A stretch of 64,000 nucleotides of DNA, taken from assembly GCA_944350445.1 (NCBI GenBank), contig CALVOW010000001.1, positions 31,863 to 95,862 on the forward strand, given 5' to 3'. The DNA is from an uncultured Bacilli bacterium (GTDB taxonomy: Bacteria > Bacillota_I > Bacilli_A > RF39 > UBA660). Positions 10,567 through 21,004 of this stretch are shown here, in pieces. A program made the translations under genes and the position numbers. Position 1 is the stretch's first letter. Each line of letters starts with the position of its first letter. The notes beneath the pieces are model-generated. The model had not been told where the DNA came from. It did not search any database and saw nothing but the letters and a program-made list of their open reading frames with translations.

Positions 10567-11277
10567 ATGAAATTATTAGTATGTGATTTTGATGGAACTT
10601 ATTTTAAAGATGAAGAAAGTATTTTAATAAATAATCAAGAAGTTCAAAAATGGCGAAAAGAAAATAACTTATTTATGTTATCGTCTGGAAGAAGTTTTCA
10701 ATCTTTAAAAAAAATGTGTCTTAAGTATAATATTGAATATGATTATTTATCATGTTGTGATGGTTCAATTCTTTATGATAAAGATGATAATATTATTACC
10801 TACTATTCTTTAAATAAAGATATTCTAGGTAAATTTCTCTCTTTAAAAAAATATGCCAAAATTGAAAGAATTCAATATTCTTATCCCGATGATTATTATC
10901 CAAGTTACCAAGGAGATAATTTAATTGGTTGTAATTTAGTAATTCAAAATAAAGAGATTACCAACAAACTAATTGAAAAATTCTTATTTTTACAAAAAGA
11001 ATATCCTAATTTTGATTTTTTATGCTATAAGCATGATGAAGTTGCTTTCTTTTGTCTTAAAAATAAAGGAATTAATAAAAGTACAACTGTAAATTATTTA
11101 AAAGGCTTTTTTAATATAAATGAAAAAGACATCTATACAGTTGGAGATAATGAAAATGATTATCCAATGTTAAAATTATTTCCAAGTTATTATATTGGGG
11201 AAGTTTCTGAAAAAATTAAAAAAGTTTGTCAAAAAGGTTACACACAAGTCTATGAAATATTTAACGATATAAATTAA
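10567..11277 (+). CDS. Cof-type HAD-IIB family phosphatase
   Basis: Motif I (CDFDGTYF) and motif IV (VGDNENDYPML). Confidence 0.6.
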   Translation: MKLLVCDFDGTYFKDEESILINNQEVQKWRKENNLFMLSSGRSFQSLKKMCLKYNIEYDYLSCCDGSILYDKDDNIITYYSLNKDILGKFLSLKKYAKIERIQYSYPDDYYPSYQGDNLIGCNLVIQNKEITNKLIEKFLFLQKEYPNFDFLCYKHDEVAFFCLKNKGINKSTTVNYLKGFFNINEKDIYTVGDNENDYPMLKLFPSYYIGEVSEKIKKVCQKGYTQVYEIFNDIN

Positions 11278-11322
11278 AAAATATAACCAAATTTAATCAT
11301 GGTTATATTTTTTTTAATTGTT

Positions 11323-13056
11323 TTAATTTTTGTTTTTAATTTTTTCTTTTACTAATTCTAAAAATTCCGCAATTTTTAAAGTATTAGTATTCTTTTCACC
11401 AAATAAACGATAACTAATATCTTCATTTTCTTTTTCTTTATCACCTAAAATAATTGTAATAGGAACTTTCTTTACTTGACTCTCACGCATTTTATAACTT
11501 AGTTTTTCATTTCTTACATCCAAATTAACACGATATTTATTATTTTCTAGTAATTCCTTTATTTTTGTAGCATATTCTAAGTGAATATCATTATTAACTG
11601 GAATAATAGTAAATTGAACTGGAGCAAGCCATAAAGGAAAAGCACCTGCATAATGCTCAATTAAGATACCAATAAATCTTTCAATTGAACCATAAATAAC
11701 TCTATGAAGCATAACTGGTCTTTTTTTACTACCATCTGAATCAACATAAGTTAAATCAAATCTTTCTGGTAAATTCATATCTAGTTGAATAGTTCCACAT
11801 TGCCATACTCTTCCTAAGGAATCTTTAATATGAAAATCTAATTTAGGACCATAAAAAGCTCCATCACCAGGATTAATTTTACAATCACGTCCCGCTTTAT
11901 GGCAAGCTTCTTCTAAAGCTTTTTCAGATTTATCCCAAATTTCAATACTACCAATATATTTTTCTTCTGGTCTAGTTGATAATTCAATATCATAGGTTAA
12001 GCCAAAAACAGCATACATACGATCAATAAAGTTAATAAGCCTAATTACCTCATCTTCAATTTGATCTTCTCTCATAAAAATATGGGCATCATCTTGGGTA
12101 AATGTTCGAACGCGAAATAAACCATTTAAAGCCCCACTAGCTTCATGACGGTGAACTTGACCTAATTCACCTATTCTTAAAGGTAAATCTTTATAGGAAT
12201 GTAAGGAATTTTTATAAACAAGCATTCCCCCCGGACAATTCATCGGCTTAATAGCAAAAGTTGTTTCATCAATTTCACTAATATACATATTTTCGCGATA
12301 ATTATACCAATGACCTGATAATTCCCATAATTCTTTATTAAGCATAATTGGGGTTTTAATAAATTCATACCCTTCTTTTGTATGTTCTTCATACCAGAAA
12401 TTTTCTAATTGATTGCGAAGTATCATCCCATTATTAAGAAAAAATGGAAATCCAGGACCATATTCACTCATCATAAATAAATCTAATTCTTTTCCTAGTT
12501 TTTTATGATCTCTTTTTTTAGCTTCTTCAAGTAAGTATAAGTATTCGTTCAAATCTGTTTCGGTTTGAAAGCAAATTCCATAAATACGTTGAAGCATTTT
12601 ATTTTTAGAATCCCCTTTATAATAGGCACCACTTACTTTTAATAATTTAAAATATTTAATTTCTTTGACACTCTCAACATGTGGTCCCCGACAAAGATCA
12701 GTAAAATCACCCTGAGAATAACAAGTAATAATCGTATCAGCTGGCATTTCCTTAATTAAATCAATTTTATAAGGATCATCATGAAACTTTTCAAGCGCTT
12801 CCTCACGACTTATTTCATGACGAATTATTTTTTTACCATCTTTACTAATCTTTTTCATTTCTTTTTCAATTTTTGGTAAATCTTCTTCGGTTAAAGTAAT
12901 ATCACCTAAATCAATATCATAATAAAAACCATCACTAATTACTGGTCCTACCCAAAATTTAGCATCCTTATACAAATGTTTTACTGCTTGGGCAAGCAAA
13001 TGAGCACAACTATGATTTAATACACTTAATTTTTCATCTTCTTTAATGTTTAGCAT
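11323..13056 (-). CDS. thrS: Threonyl-tRNA synthetase (short form lacking the N-terminal TGS domain)
   Basis: Class II aaRS core and anticodon-binding domain (…HRHEASGALNGLFRVR…). RBS is GGAGGAG. A T-box leader lies upstream. Confidence 0.9.
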   Translation of the reverse strand: MLNIKEDEKLSVLNHSCAHLLAQAVKHLYKDAKFWVGPVISDGFYYDIDLGDITLTEEDLPKIEKEMKKISKDGKKIIRHEISREEALEKFHDDPYKIDLIKEMPADTIITCYSQGDFTDLCRGPHVESVKEIKYFKLLKVSGAYYKGDSKNKMLQRIYGICFQTETDLNEYLYLLEEAKKRDHKKLGKELDLFMMSEYGPGFPFFLNNGMILRNQLENFWYEEHTKEGYEFIKTPIMLNKELWELSGHWYNYRENMYISEIDETTFAIKPMNCPGGMLVYKNSLHSYKDLPLRIGELGQVHRHEASGALNGLFRVRTFTQDDAHIFMREDQIEDEVIRLINFIDRMYAVFGLTYDIELSTRPEEKYIGSIEIWDKSEKALEEACHKAGRDCKINPGDGAFYGPKLDFHIKDSLGRVWQCGTIQLDMNLPERFDLTYVDSDGSKKRPVMLHRVIYGSIERFIGILIEHYAGAFPLWLAPVQFTIIPVNNDIHLEYATKIKELLENNKYRVNLDVRNEKLSYKMRESQVKKVPITIILGDKEKENEDISYRLFGEKNTNTLKIAEFLELVKEKIKNKN

Positions 13057-13074
13057 TTTCTCCTCCTAAATTGT

Positions 13075-13270
13075 AAAAAAAAAGAATGATACCAAGGAGT
13101 CTATAAGACGGTACCATCCTAAATTTTACTTGATTTTTTTAACGGTAATTACCGGGAATCTCTTTCGAGTCCAATTCATAGGTAGTAATTTATTAATCTT
13201 TTTATTAGTTTGCACCGACCACTAACTCTCTTCAAAAATTATTAATAAACCATGTCCTAATCAACATATT
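13075..13270 (-). promoter_or_regulatory. T-box riboswitch leader of thrS with a Thr specifier (ACU/ACC) and an intrinsic terminator
   Basis: The minus strand carries the conserved T-box sequence AATTTAGGATGGTACCGTC (plus 13108..13126). It overlaps a terminator hairpin that is followed by a U-run (plus A-run 13073..13083). GA-motif elements (AAGAGAG / GAAAGAG) are present, and ACUACC sits in the returning strand of stem I. Confidence 0.65.
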
Positions 13271-13279
13271 TATGGTAGA

Positions 13280-13308
13280 ATTATAACACTTAAAAAACTA
13301 TTAGTCAA
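13280..13308 (-). promoter_or_regulatory. Sigma-A-type promoter for the thrS leader
   Basis: Minus strand reads TTGACT - 17 nt - TATAAT. Confidence 0.55.
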
Positions 13309-13317
13309 TTATTTTTA

Positions 13318-14658
13318 TTAAGATTCCTCGTCAACTATTTGATTTAATTGTTTAACACACTCATCTATATTGTCTGCCCCAATTAAATTACTAATAAAAA
13401 TTAAAATAGTTGGTATCAAATAAATTAAAACAGCAACAATTACACGTTTACCAAATTTTTTCCCAGCTGTTTTAATCCCTTCTTTATCATCTATAAATAC
13501 CACCTTGGCAAAATCAAATGATGTTAAAAGAATTAAAATAATTGGAATACCAATATAAATAATTTTTAAAACATTATTATTTAAAAATTCTAAAAAATCA
13601 TTACCAATAATAATTTGGCAAGTGTTTGTTAAATCATCATCAATTTTTGCTTCAAATAAATGCTCATAATAAATATATAAATTTAAATAAGAAGAACCTG
13701 GTTTAGTATCTGTAAAATGCCAACCATTTCCATCTTGAACAAGATAGGTTGGATAATTATCATAGTCACTTTCATCAATTGTCGATTTATAATCAGCTAA
13801 ATTAGTAATATCAAAATTACTACCATTAGCATTAATTTTATAGACATTATTTTCTTCTATAATAATGACTCTTTTTATTTTAGCACTAGCATTATAAGCT
13901 AGATAAATACCATAACCTGCATTTTGATCAGCATAATTTGTTTCACCTGTATATACCCAGTTAGTTTCAGTTTCAGAAGGATCAACATAAAAATCTCTTT
14001 TATTAAGCCAAGTTCTTGGCGAAATCTCTATATAAGGGGGACATTCATATGTAAAATTCCTAAATTCAAAACTTGGATTTGTATACTCAGAAACACCATC
14101 TTCAGTAATATTAGAAAATTCAATTGCTCCCCCATTTTTAGGTTTTAAAATTGAAAAAGAAAATGTTTGATATGTACTTTCAGTATTTTTATATGCACAA
14201 TTTAAACTATCATATTCATTAGTAACACTACTACCTCCACTATTTTCTACCCAAGAATCGCTAGTTGGTTGTAATTCACCATATTTTTCAAAAGTACCAG
14301 CCATGCTACTAGCCCTATCAAAATAAATGTTATAATAAACCCCAGCACTATTTGTATAATATTTCCAATATAAAGTAGGACAAACTAAACTTTTATCATT
14401 AGAATCTTGAATATTATTTATAGATATTGAAGTTGGTACGAACACATAAATATTTAGTCCGTTAAACATATTATCACTTGTTATTGATGGTTGACTGTCA
14501 TTTTCACCATCATAACTGATTGTAACAGTGCCAACTAAAACTTGAGAATTAGTAGCATCATATAAATTGTAATAACACTCAACTCCATATGCTAAAGCAT
14601 CTATATTAAAAATAAATAAAGAAAGAAATCCAAATAAAATATACTTTAAGTATTTCAT
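13318..14658 (-). CDS. Exported protein P1. It has a signal peptide, an extracellular beta-rich domain and a conserved C-terminal two-helix membrane module.
   Basis: N-terminus MKYLKYILFGFLSLFIFNIDALAYG. C-terminus IPIILILLTSFDFAKVVFIDDKEGIKTAGKKFGKRVIVAVLIYLIPTILIFISNLIG…C. It is a paralog of 15104..16411. Confidence 0.45.
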   Translation of the reverse strand: MKYLKYILFGFLSLFIFNIDALAYGVECYYNLYDATNSQVLVGTVTISYDGENDSQPSITSDNMFNGLNIYVFVPTSISINNIQDSNDKSLVCPTLYWKYYTNSAGVYYNIYFDRASSMAGTFEKYGELQPTSDSWVENSGGSSVTNEYDSLNCAYKNTESTYQTFSFSILKPKNGGAIEFSNITEDGVSEYTNPSFEFRNFTYECPPYIEISPRTWLNKRDFYVDPSETETNWVYTGETNYADQNAGYGIYLAYNASAKIKRVIIIEENNVYKINANGSNFDITNLADYKSTIDESDYDNYPTYLVQDGNGWHFTDTKPGSSYLNLYIYYEHLFEAKIDDDLTNTCQIIIGNDFLEFLNNNVLKIIYIGIPIILILLTSFDFAKVVFIDDKEGIKTAGKKFGKRVIVAVLIYLIPTILIFISNLIGADNIDECVKQLNQIVDEES

Positions 14659-14737
14659 ATTTTCTACCCTTCTAGTTTATATAATTATAATAGCATAGAT
14701 TTTTAATTTTTACTATATCAAAAGAATTAATTAAAGT

Positions 14738-14830
14738 CTTTTAAACCTCATTTAATTCTTCAAGTGATTCTTCATTTTTTTCAACTTTCTTATCAAATTA
14801 TAAAGATAAATTATCCAAATCTTTTATAGT
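14738..14830 (-). pseudogene. Remnant copy of the dnaB-like 3' end, from a duplicated segment
   Basis: 14738..14830 is a near-identical DNA copy of 16481..16575, which is the last ~30 codons of the dnaB-like gene plus its downstream region. Confidence 0.5.
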
Positions 14831-15103
14831 TTTTATTCATTGTTAGATTGCTTGAATTAAAAAGGAATCATCTTTATTCTACTAATAAATTAATTACAGC
14901 TTTAAAAAATTTAATTATAGAAAAATTGAACATAATATTTATTAAATTCTTATAATTCTTCTATTATTAATGATTTATCTGCTATTTATAGCTTAGATTT
15001 TTCTAACAAAATTCTTTTAAACTAACCTATATACATCAACGCTTTACGTATTTTAATTGTCAAATTTAAGATATCTGTAAAATTATAACACTTTAAAAAC
15101 TAG

Positions 15104-16411
15104 TCAATTATTCCCACCTGCATTTTCAGCAACTTCTTCAAGTTGTTTTGCACACTCATCTATTTTATTAGCCCCTAATAAATTACTAACAAAAATTAAA
15201 ATCGTTGGTACTAAATAAATTAAAACAGCAACAATTACACGTTTTCCAAATCTTTTCCCAGCTTTTTGAATTCCTTCTTTATCATCTATAAATACCACCT
15301 TAGCAAAATCAAATGATGTTAAAAGAATTAAAACGATTGGAATACCAATATAAATAATTTTAAAAATATTATTATTTAAAAATTCTAAAAAATCATTTCC
15401 AAATATAACTTGACAAGTTGCTTCTAACTGATCCGTATTGCCCGAAATAGAAAATAGATGTTCGTTAAAAATATAAATATTTTTATACGTACCTGGCTTA
15501 CTTTCAGTAAATTCAAAACCTGAATCCGTTTCAACAAGATAAGTTGGATAATTCTTACCACTTGCAAATTCATCTTGATAATCACTCATATTATTAACAG
15601 TTACTTCCAAAGTATTTGAATAAGCTTTAAATCCACTTCCACTTTTTTGAATAATAATCCTTGGAGCCTTTGAATTACGATAAGCCAAGTAAATTGCATG
15701 AGCAGAATTTTCATCAGCAGTATTACTACTTCCAGTATAAACCCATTCAGTTGCACTGGTTGAAGGACTTATATTATATGTGTAACCATTTAAAATTCCA
15801 CTTGTTCGAACATTTATATACTGCGAACAAGAAAAACTATTAAAATTTTCAAATTTTACAATTGGGGTTAATAGTGCATTCTCTATGGCTGGATTAGTAA
15901 CTGTTAATTCATTAGTTGTTTTATTCCTTTGAATAGTAAAACTAACGGTCACTCCAGTATTATTAACATATTTACATGATAAGTCTTCATATTCATAGGT
16001 AGGCTTATTACTATTCTCAATCCAAGAAGTACTAGCAATATATTCTAAAGTTTTTATTTCAAAATCATTTGGAATATCTTTTTCATTAATAGCAATTCTA
16101 TACTGATTAGCACCCCAATAATTTCGATATCCTTGATATAAGTTTGGACAAGTTAAATCACCACTGCTTGTTTTGATATTATTTAAGGAAATTGTATCTG
16201 GAACCAAAAACAAACCTACACTAACTTTTTGATCATAAGTTATAACAGGACTATTTTCTCCATCATAACTAATATTGATAGTGGAAATGATTTGGTTAGA
16301 ATCATTTGGATTTACAATTTCATAATCACAACTAAGTCCATATGCCAAAGCATCTATATTAAAAATAAATAAAAAAAGAAATCCAAATAAAATATACTTT
16401 AAATATTTCAT
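15104..16411 (-). CDS. Exported protein P2, a paralog of P1 with the same signal peptide and C-terminal membrane module
   Basis: The N-terminal 25 aa and C-terminal ~90 aa are almost identical to P1. The central domain has diverged. The stop codon is TGA. Confidence 0.45.
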   Translation of the reverse strand: MKYLKYILFGFLFLFIFNIDALAYGLSCDYEIVNPNDSNQIISTINISYDGENSPVITYDQKVSVGLFLVPDTISLNNIKTSSGDLTCPNLYQGYRNYWGANQYRIAINEKDIPNDFEIKTLEYIASTSWIENSNKPTYEYEDLSCKYVNNTGVTVSFTIQRNKTTNELTVTNPAIENALLTPIVKFENFNSFSCSQYINVRTSGILNGYTYNISPSTSATEWVYTGSSNTADENSAHAIYLAYRNSKAPRIIIQKSGSGFKAYSNTLEVTVNNMSDYQDEFASGKNYPTYLVETDSGFEFTESKPGTYKNIYIFNEHLFSISGNTDQLEATCQVIFGNDFLEFLNNNIFKIIYIGIPIVLILLTSFDFAKVVFIDDKEGIQKAGKRFGKRVIVAVLIYLVPTILIFVSNLLGANKIDECAKQLEEVAENAGGNN

Positions 16412-16480
16412 ATTTCCTACCCTTCTAGTTTATATAATTATAATAACATAAATTTTTACTTTTTACCATATAAAAAAGAA

Positions 16481-17785
16481 TTAATTAAAGTCTTTTAAAA
16501 CCTCATTTAATTCTTCAAGTGATTCCTCATTCTTTTCAACTTTTTTATCAAACCATAAAGGTAAATTATCCAAATCTTTTAAATCTTTATTATTAACAGT
16601 CTTAGTTTCATTTTTCATGACAATCTTTTTAAACTTTTTATGTTCTTTTTTACAAACATCCATAGCATCAACAACGGTTTCAACTTTTAAACGCTTCCAC
16701 TGACCAACAATCGTTTCAATATAATCTTTATTTAATTTTTTATTATTAACTTTTAAAACATAATCAATTAAAACATTAACAACTCCCGGATTTAATTTTT
16801 GTTCTAACATTAAATTTTCAATTAATTTTTTATCGCGATTAGTAGGTTCTGTGTTACCATAACTTTTTCTTAAAAAATCATAAGGACTGGTATTTTCAAA
16901 CATATAAATTATTTTAGCTAACTTTGAATCTCCACCAAGCGGTGTTTTTAAATAGTCGGGTTGTTTATTATAAATTAAAGTTGGTAAACGTCCATTATTT
17001 TCAAATTGATAGAAATTTCTAGCACTTTTTCGAAGTTCATTTTTATCAATCATTCCTCGTTCATTTAAAGAATTTCTTACTAAGCCTTGCATATTCATAT
17101 TATCAATTTTATAAATATAAGCAAGGTTTAAAATAAGTTTTTTTGTCTCTTCACTAAAACATTTATCACTTACTAATCTCTTCGGAATACTACTAATTAA
17201 TAAATCAATATCTAAATTACTTTTCATTTGAATTTCTAACCAACTATCTTTTTGAATATCACTGTTATCAAATAACAAATTAGTATTTACTGATGAGGTA
17301 AAGACATCTTGAAACTCCTCGGTAATATCTTCATAGTCTTTTAAAGAAATTCTTGGTACTTTATAAAAAATTTGCAATTTTTCATACTCAACGGCTCCAA
17401 TATTATTATATAAAACAATATTTAAAATTGGATGATTAAAAAATTCATAAGATGAAAGTGGTGAATACAAAATATAGACATAATTATCAATTTCTCCTCT
17501 TTTTAAATATGTCTTTAAAAGACCAATCCCTTCTAATTTCCGTCTAGCATCAATAATACTATCTAATTTTAATTGCATATTGGTCATTAAATGATGATGA
17601 GTATATTCTAAACTTTCCTGCGATTTATTATTTAGATCATTATAAAATGTTAAATATAAAGAAATAGCTGTATAACCAATAATTGGCTGATATAAATTCG
17701 TTAATATCTTAATTTTTTCAGAAGTAATAATTCCTTTATTATAAATGAAATATTTATCAGCTGGCTCTAATTTAAAGTCTTGCAT
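16481..17785 (-). CDS. dnaB: Replication initiation / membrane attachment protein, DnaB/DnaD family
   Basis: The C-terminal DDBH2 motif Y-x-x-x-I-x-x-x-W is present (YIETIVGQW). Its position relative to thrS matches the Bacillus dnaB-dnaI ... thrS neighbourhood. Confidence 0.45.
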   Translation of the reverse strand: MQDFKLEPADKYFIYNKGIITSEKIKILTNLYQPIIGYTAISLYLTFYNDLNNKSQESLEYTHHHLMTNMQLKLDSIIDARRKLEGIGLLKTYLKRGEIDNYVYILYSPLSSYEFFNHPILNIVLYNNIGAVEYEKLQIFYKVPRISLKDYEDITEEFQDVFTSSVNTNLLFDNSDIQKDSWLEIQMKSNLDIDLLISSIPKRLVSDKCFSEETKKLILNLAYIYKIDNMNMQGLVRNSLNERGMIDKNELRKSARNFYQFENNGRLPTLIYNKQPDYLKTPLGGDSKLAKIIYMFENTSPYDFLRKSYGNTEPTNRDKKLIENLMLEQKLNPGVVNVLIDYVLKVNNKKLNKDYIETIVGQWKRLKVETVVDAMDVCKKEHKKFKKIVMKNETKTVNNKDLKDLDNLPLWFDKKVEKNEESLEELNEVLKDFN

Positions 17786-17846
17786 ATTACCTCCCTAATA
17801 AAGTTATTATAACATAAAAGAAAAAAATAGTTAAAATAACTATTAA

Positions 17847-18407
17847 CTATTTAATAAATAATTTAAAAACTAAAAGAGCAATCATTAAAATATCTAAAAA
17901 CCAAATAGCACTAATAAATAAAATCATATAATTAGAAAAGCCCATTGATAATGACAATTTCAGTGATATATTTTTATTTTTATTCAATTGTTCATCATAA
18001 AAACTTATTACTTTTTCATCTTTACTCGGCTCTTTAATAATATTTAAATTAGCCTGAATTTTTTGAATTTCTTCTTTGTTAAATTTTAGAAAAGATATTT
18101 TTCTTTTATTCTTAAAAATCACTTCATAATTAAGATCTAAATTATTGTTAAATAAAGATTCATTTAAAACCTCAAGATTAGGTTCGATTTTTTCCATTAT
18201 AAACTTTAAATTAGTAAAAAACACATCTTTGGAAACCTTAACAAAGGTTTTGTTGAAGGTATCATTAGTATAGCAAAAATTTACTTTTACAAGATCTTCA
18301 TTATTTAAAACTTCAATTATTAAACTACTATTTTTTTCTTTCATAGTATATAAATCTAAAATGCTTAATAAATAACTAATACTCATGCTACCTCCTATTT
18401 TATTCAA
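17847..18407 (-). CDS. Hypothetical protein with a C-terminal TM segment. It occupies the dnaI position but has no ATPase motifs.
   Basis: ORF only. No Walker motifs. Confidence 0.3.
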   Translation of the reverse strand: MNKIGGSMSISYLLSILDLYTMKEKNSSLIIEVLNNEDLVKVNFCYTNDTFNKTFVKVSKDVFFTNLKFIMEKIEPNLEVLNESLFNNNLDLNYEVIFKNKRKISFLKFNKEEIQKIQANLNIIKEPSKDEKVISFYDEQLNKNKNISLKLSLSMGFSNYMILFISAIWFLDILMIALLVFKLFIK

Positions 18408-18442
18408 CTTAACTATATCACATTTTAAAAAGAGAGTAAATA

Positions 18443-20683
18443 CTATTCTTCTTCATTTTCATTTTCTTCTAATTTAACTAAAACTTCTCTTGGTTTCGAA
18501 CCATTTTGTGGTCCAATAATACCTCTTTCTTCAAGTAAATCTATAATTCTGGCTGCCCGATTATAACCAAGTTTAAAACGTCTTTGTAAAAGCGAAGCAC
18601 TGGCTTTTCCACTTGTAATTACAAATTCAACAATTTCATCATACAAAGGATCATCATATTCTTCCTTAAGTTTAGTATTAGCATCAACTTGGGTTTCACT
18701 TGTTGGAGTTAAATTCATTAATTTTTCATCATAAATAGCTTTTTGTTGACTAATTGTATAATCAACGATTCTTTTAACCTCTTCTTCAGTAATCCAAGCT
18801 CCTTGAATACGTGTTGGAATTGATTCACCCATTGGTAAAAATAACATATCTCCGCGACCAAGTAATTTCTCAGCCCCTGTCATATCAAGAATAGTTCTGG
18901 AATCAATTCCACTAGAAACAGCAAAAGAAATACGCGATGGAATATTAGCTTTAATAACTCCAGTAATAACATCAGTAGATGGTCTTTGGGTAGCAATAAT
19001 TAAATGAATACCAGCTGCTCTTGCCATTTGGGTTATTCGCATGATAGAATCTTCTACTTCTTTAGAGGCAACTAACATTAAATCCGCAAGTTCATCAACA
19101 ATAACAACAATATAAGGCATCTTTTTTAATTTTTCCGAATCACTTAAATTCTTATTTTTCTTTTCAACCATTTCGTTATATGATCCAATATTTTTGACCC
19201 CCTTTTCTTCAAAAATATCATAACGATCTTCCATCTCTTTAACAATTTTTGATAAAGCCACACTAGCCTTTTTCGGATCAGTTACAACTGGAGCTAATAA
19301 ATGCGGAACGCCATTAAAAACTGATAACTCAACCTTTTTGGGATCAACAAGTAATAATCTTACTTCATCAGGTTTAGCATTCATTAAAATACTTGCTAAA
19401 ATACAGTTAATACAAACGGATTTACCGGAACCGGTTGCACCAGCTACTAATAAGTGCGGAGTTTTATTTATTTCACAAAATTTAGGATTACTTAAAATAT
19501 CTTTTCCAAGCGCCACTAATAATTTATTATCAGATTTTAAAGAAACTAATTTATCCATAATTTCTTTAATGTAAACAGTAGTTGGGGTTTCATTAGAAAT
19601 TTCAATTCCAACCGTACTCTTACCAGGAATCGGAGCTTGAATTCGCACATCTTTTTTAGCAAGAGCTAAACTAATTTCCTTGTTAATACTTGTTAATTTA
19701 CTTAACTTAGTTCCCGCTTTTAATTCTAATTCATATTGGGTAATAGCCGGTCCAACGGTTACTTCGACAACATGACCAATAATTCCAAATTCCCGTAAAA
19801 CTTCTTCTAATTTTTTAATATTCGCTTCAATTCCTGCTTGATTATTATTTTTTACTTTCTTAGGTGGATCTAAAAGTGATAATGGTGGTAATTTATAATT
19901 TTCGTTTGTTTTTAATTCTTTTGGTTCATCTTCTTTATCTTCATTTAATGAAACATTATTATTATCAACAATTTTTGCTGATTTTAAATCATTAATATTA
20001 GAAATTACTATTTTTCCATCAGGAGTTTCTTCTTCTGATTCATGATCATTAATTTTAACATCAACTTTTCCGTCGCCTTTATTCTTTTTATGAGGTACCA
20101 TTTTTTTACTTTGATCAATAATCTTTTTAAGGAAATCACCAATACTAATACCTGTTATTATTAAAGCCCCAAAAGCAATAAAAACAATATAAATTATTTT
20201 TACTCCATTTTCAGCAAATAAACTTGTAAATAAAGAAATAAAAAAGCCACCAATTAAACCGCCCCCAATATTTTGAAATGTTAAAGTTCGATTAGCACCA
20301 TTTACAATATCAAAAACTTGCATCAAATTTTGAAATGTTTCTTTTAAAGTATTCGAAAATCCCGAAAATCCATCTTTAATATAAGGAACATGAAGCATCA
20401 TTAAAAGACCAATTAATAATATATAAAAACCAATTAATTTAGTATTAAAAAAGTCAGGATATTGTTTTTTTAAAATAATATAAAAACCAATAATAATAAG
20501 GGATATTAAAAAGATAAAATATAAACAACCAAATAAAAAAGCTGAAAAAGCACAAATAAGTTCGCCACAAGGTCCATATCCACAAATTCCAAGAATTCCA
20601 ATTAAAATATATAAAATACCGTATAGATCAACTTGATATGAAAAATTTTTTTTGGGTTCTTTTTTCTTTTTTTTCTTTGCCAT
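18443..20683 (-). CDS. ftsK: DNA translocase FtsK/SpoIIIE
   Basis: N-terminal 4-TM domain, a linker, a RecA-like motor with Walker A (GATGSGKS), and a C-terminal gamma winged-helix domain. Confidence 0.85.
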   Translation of the reverse strand: MAKKKKKKEPKKNFSYQVDLYGILYILIGILGICGYGPCGELICAFSAFLFGCLYFIFLISLIIIGFYIILKKQYPDFFNTKLIGFYILLIGLLMMLHVPYIKDGFSGFSNTLKETFQNLMQVFDIVNGANRTLTFQNIGGGLIGGFFISLFTSLFAENGVKIIYIVFIAFGALIITGISIGDFLKKIIDQSKKMVPHKKNKGDGKVDVKINDHESEEETPDGKIVISNINDLKSAKIVDNNNVSLNEDKEDEPKELKTNENYKLPPLSLLDPPKKVKNNNQAGIEANIKKLEEVLREFGIIGHVVEVTVGPAITQYELELKAGTKLSKLTSINKEISLALAKKDVRIQAPIPGKSTVGIEISNETPTTVYIKEIMDKLVSLKSDNKLLVALGKDILSNPKFCEINKTPHLLVAGATGSGKSVCINCILASILMNAKPDEVRLLLVDPKKVELSVFNGVPHLLAPVVTDPKKASVALSKIVKEMEDRYDIFEEKGVKNIGSYNEMVEKKNKNLSDSEKLKKMPYIVVIVDELADLMLVASKEVEDSIMRITQMARAAGIHLIIATQRPSTDVITGVIKANIPSRISFAVSSGIDSRTILDMTGAEKLLGRGDMLFLPMGESIPTRIQGAWITEEEVKRIVDYTISQQKAIYDEKLMNLTPTSETQVDANTKLKEEYDDPLYDEIVEFVITSGKASASLLQRRFKLGYNRAARIIDLLEERGIIGPQNGSKPREVLVKLEENENEEE

Positions 20684-20737
20684 AATAACCTACTTTCTCT
20701 AAAATAATTATATCATTTATAAAAAAAATAACAAGAT

Positions 20738-21001
20738 TTATCTTGTCATTTTTGGATATTTTGAATCTTCATTTATATTAATTTGGGAAGAATTTAATTT
20801 AGCATTTATAATCGTTTCAACTTGATTTTTGGAAATTCTTTGATATTCTTCTTCTCCATCAACAAACATACTCATATACCATTCTTGATTAGGTATCCAT
20901 TTACATTCTGGGTTTAAGTATTCTAAAATCACACCATTAATTAATCTAACAACTACTCCACTTTTTCTAATATAATAACTAATATTGTCATTATTACTCA
21001 T
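20738..21001 (-). CDS. Hypothetical small protein (87 aa) immediately downstream of the RelA/SpoT-like gene
   Basis: Only a 3-nt gap separates it from the upstream gene, which suggests translational coupling. No recognisable domain. Confidence 0.3.
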   Translation of the reverse strand: MSNNDNISYYIRKSGVVVRLINGVILEYLNPECKWIPNQEWYMSMFVDGEEEYQRISKNQVETIINAKLNSSQININEDSKYPKMTR

Positions 21002-21004
21002 TTT

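Noticed and set aside
19338-19574. 78-aa plus-strand ORF inside ftsK
   Set aside because: It is antisense to a conserved ftsK motor region and has no translation signals.
13318-20683. Possibility that the P-family membrane module plus FtsK-like ATPase form a conjugative/T4SS element
   Set aside because: The FtsK homolog has the chromosomal architecture (4-TM N-terminus, gamma winged helix). No VirB4/VirD4, relaxase, integrase or oriT-like features were seen. The flanks are conserved housekeeping synteny (dnaB … thrS).
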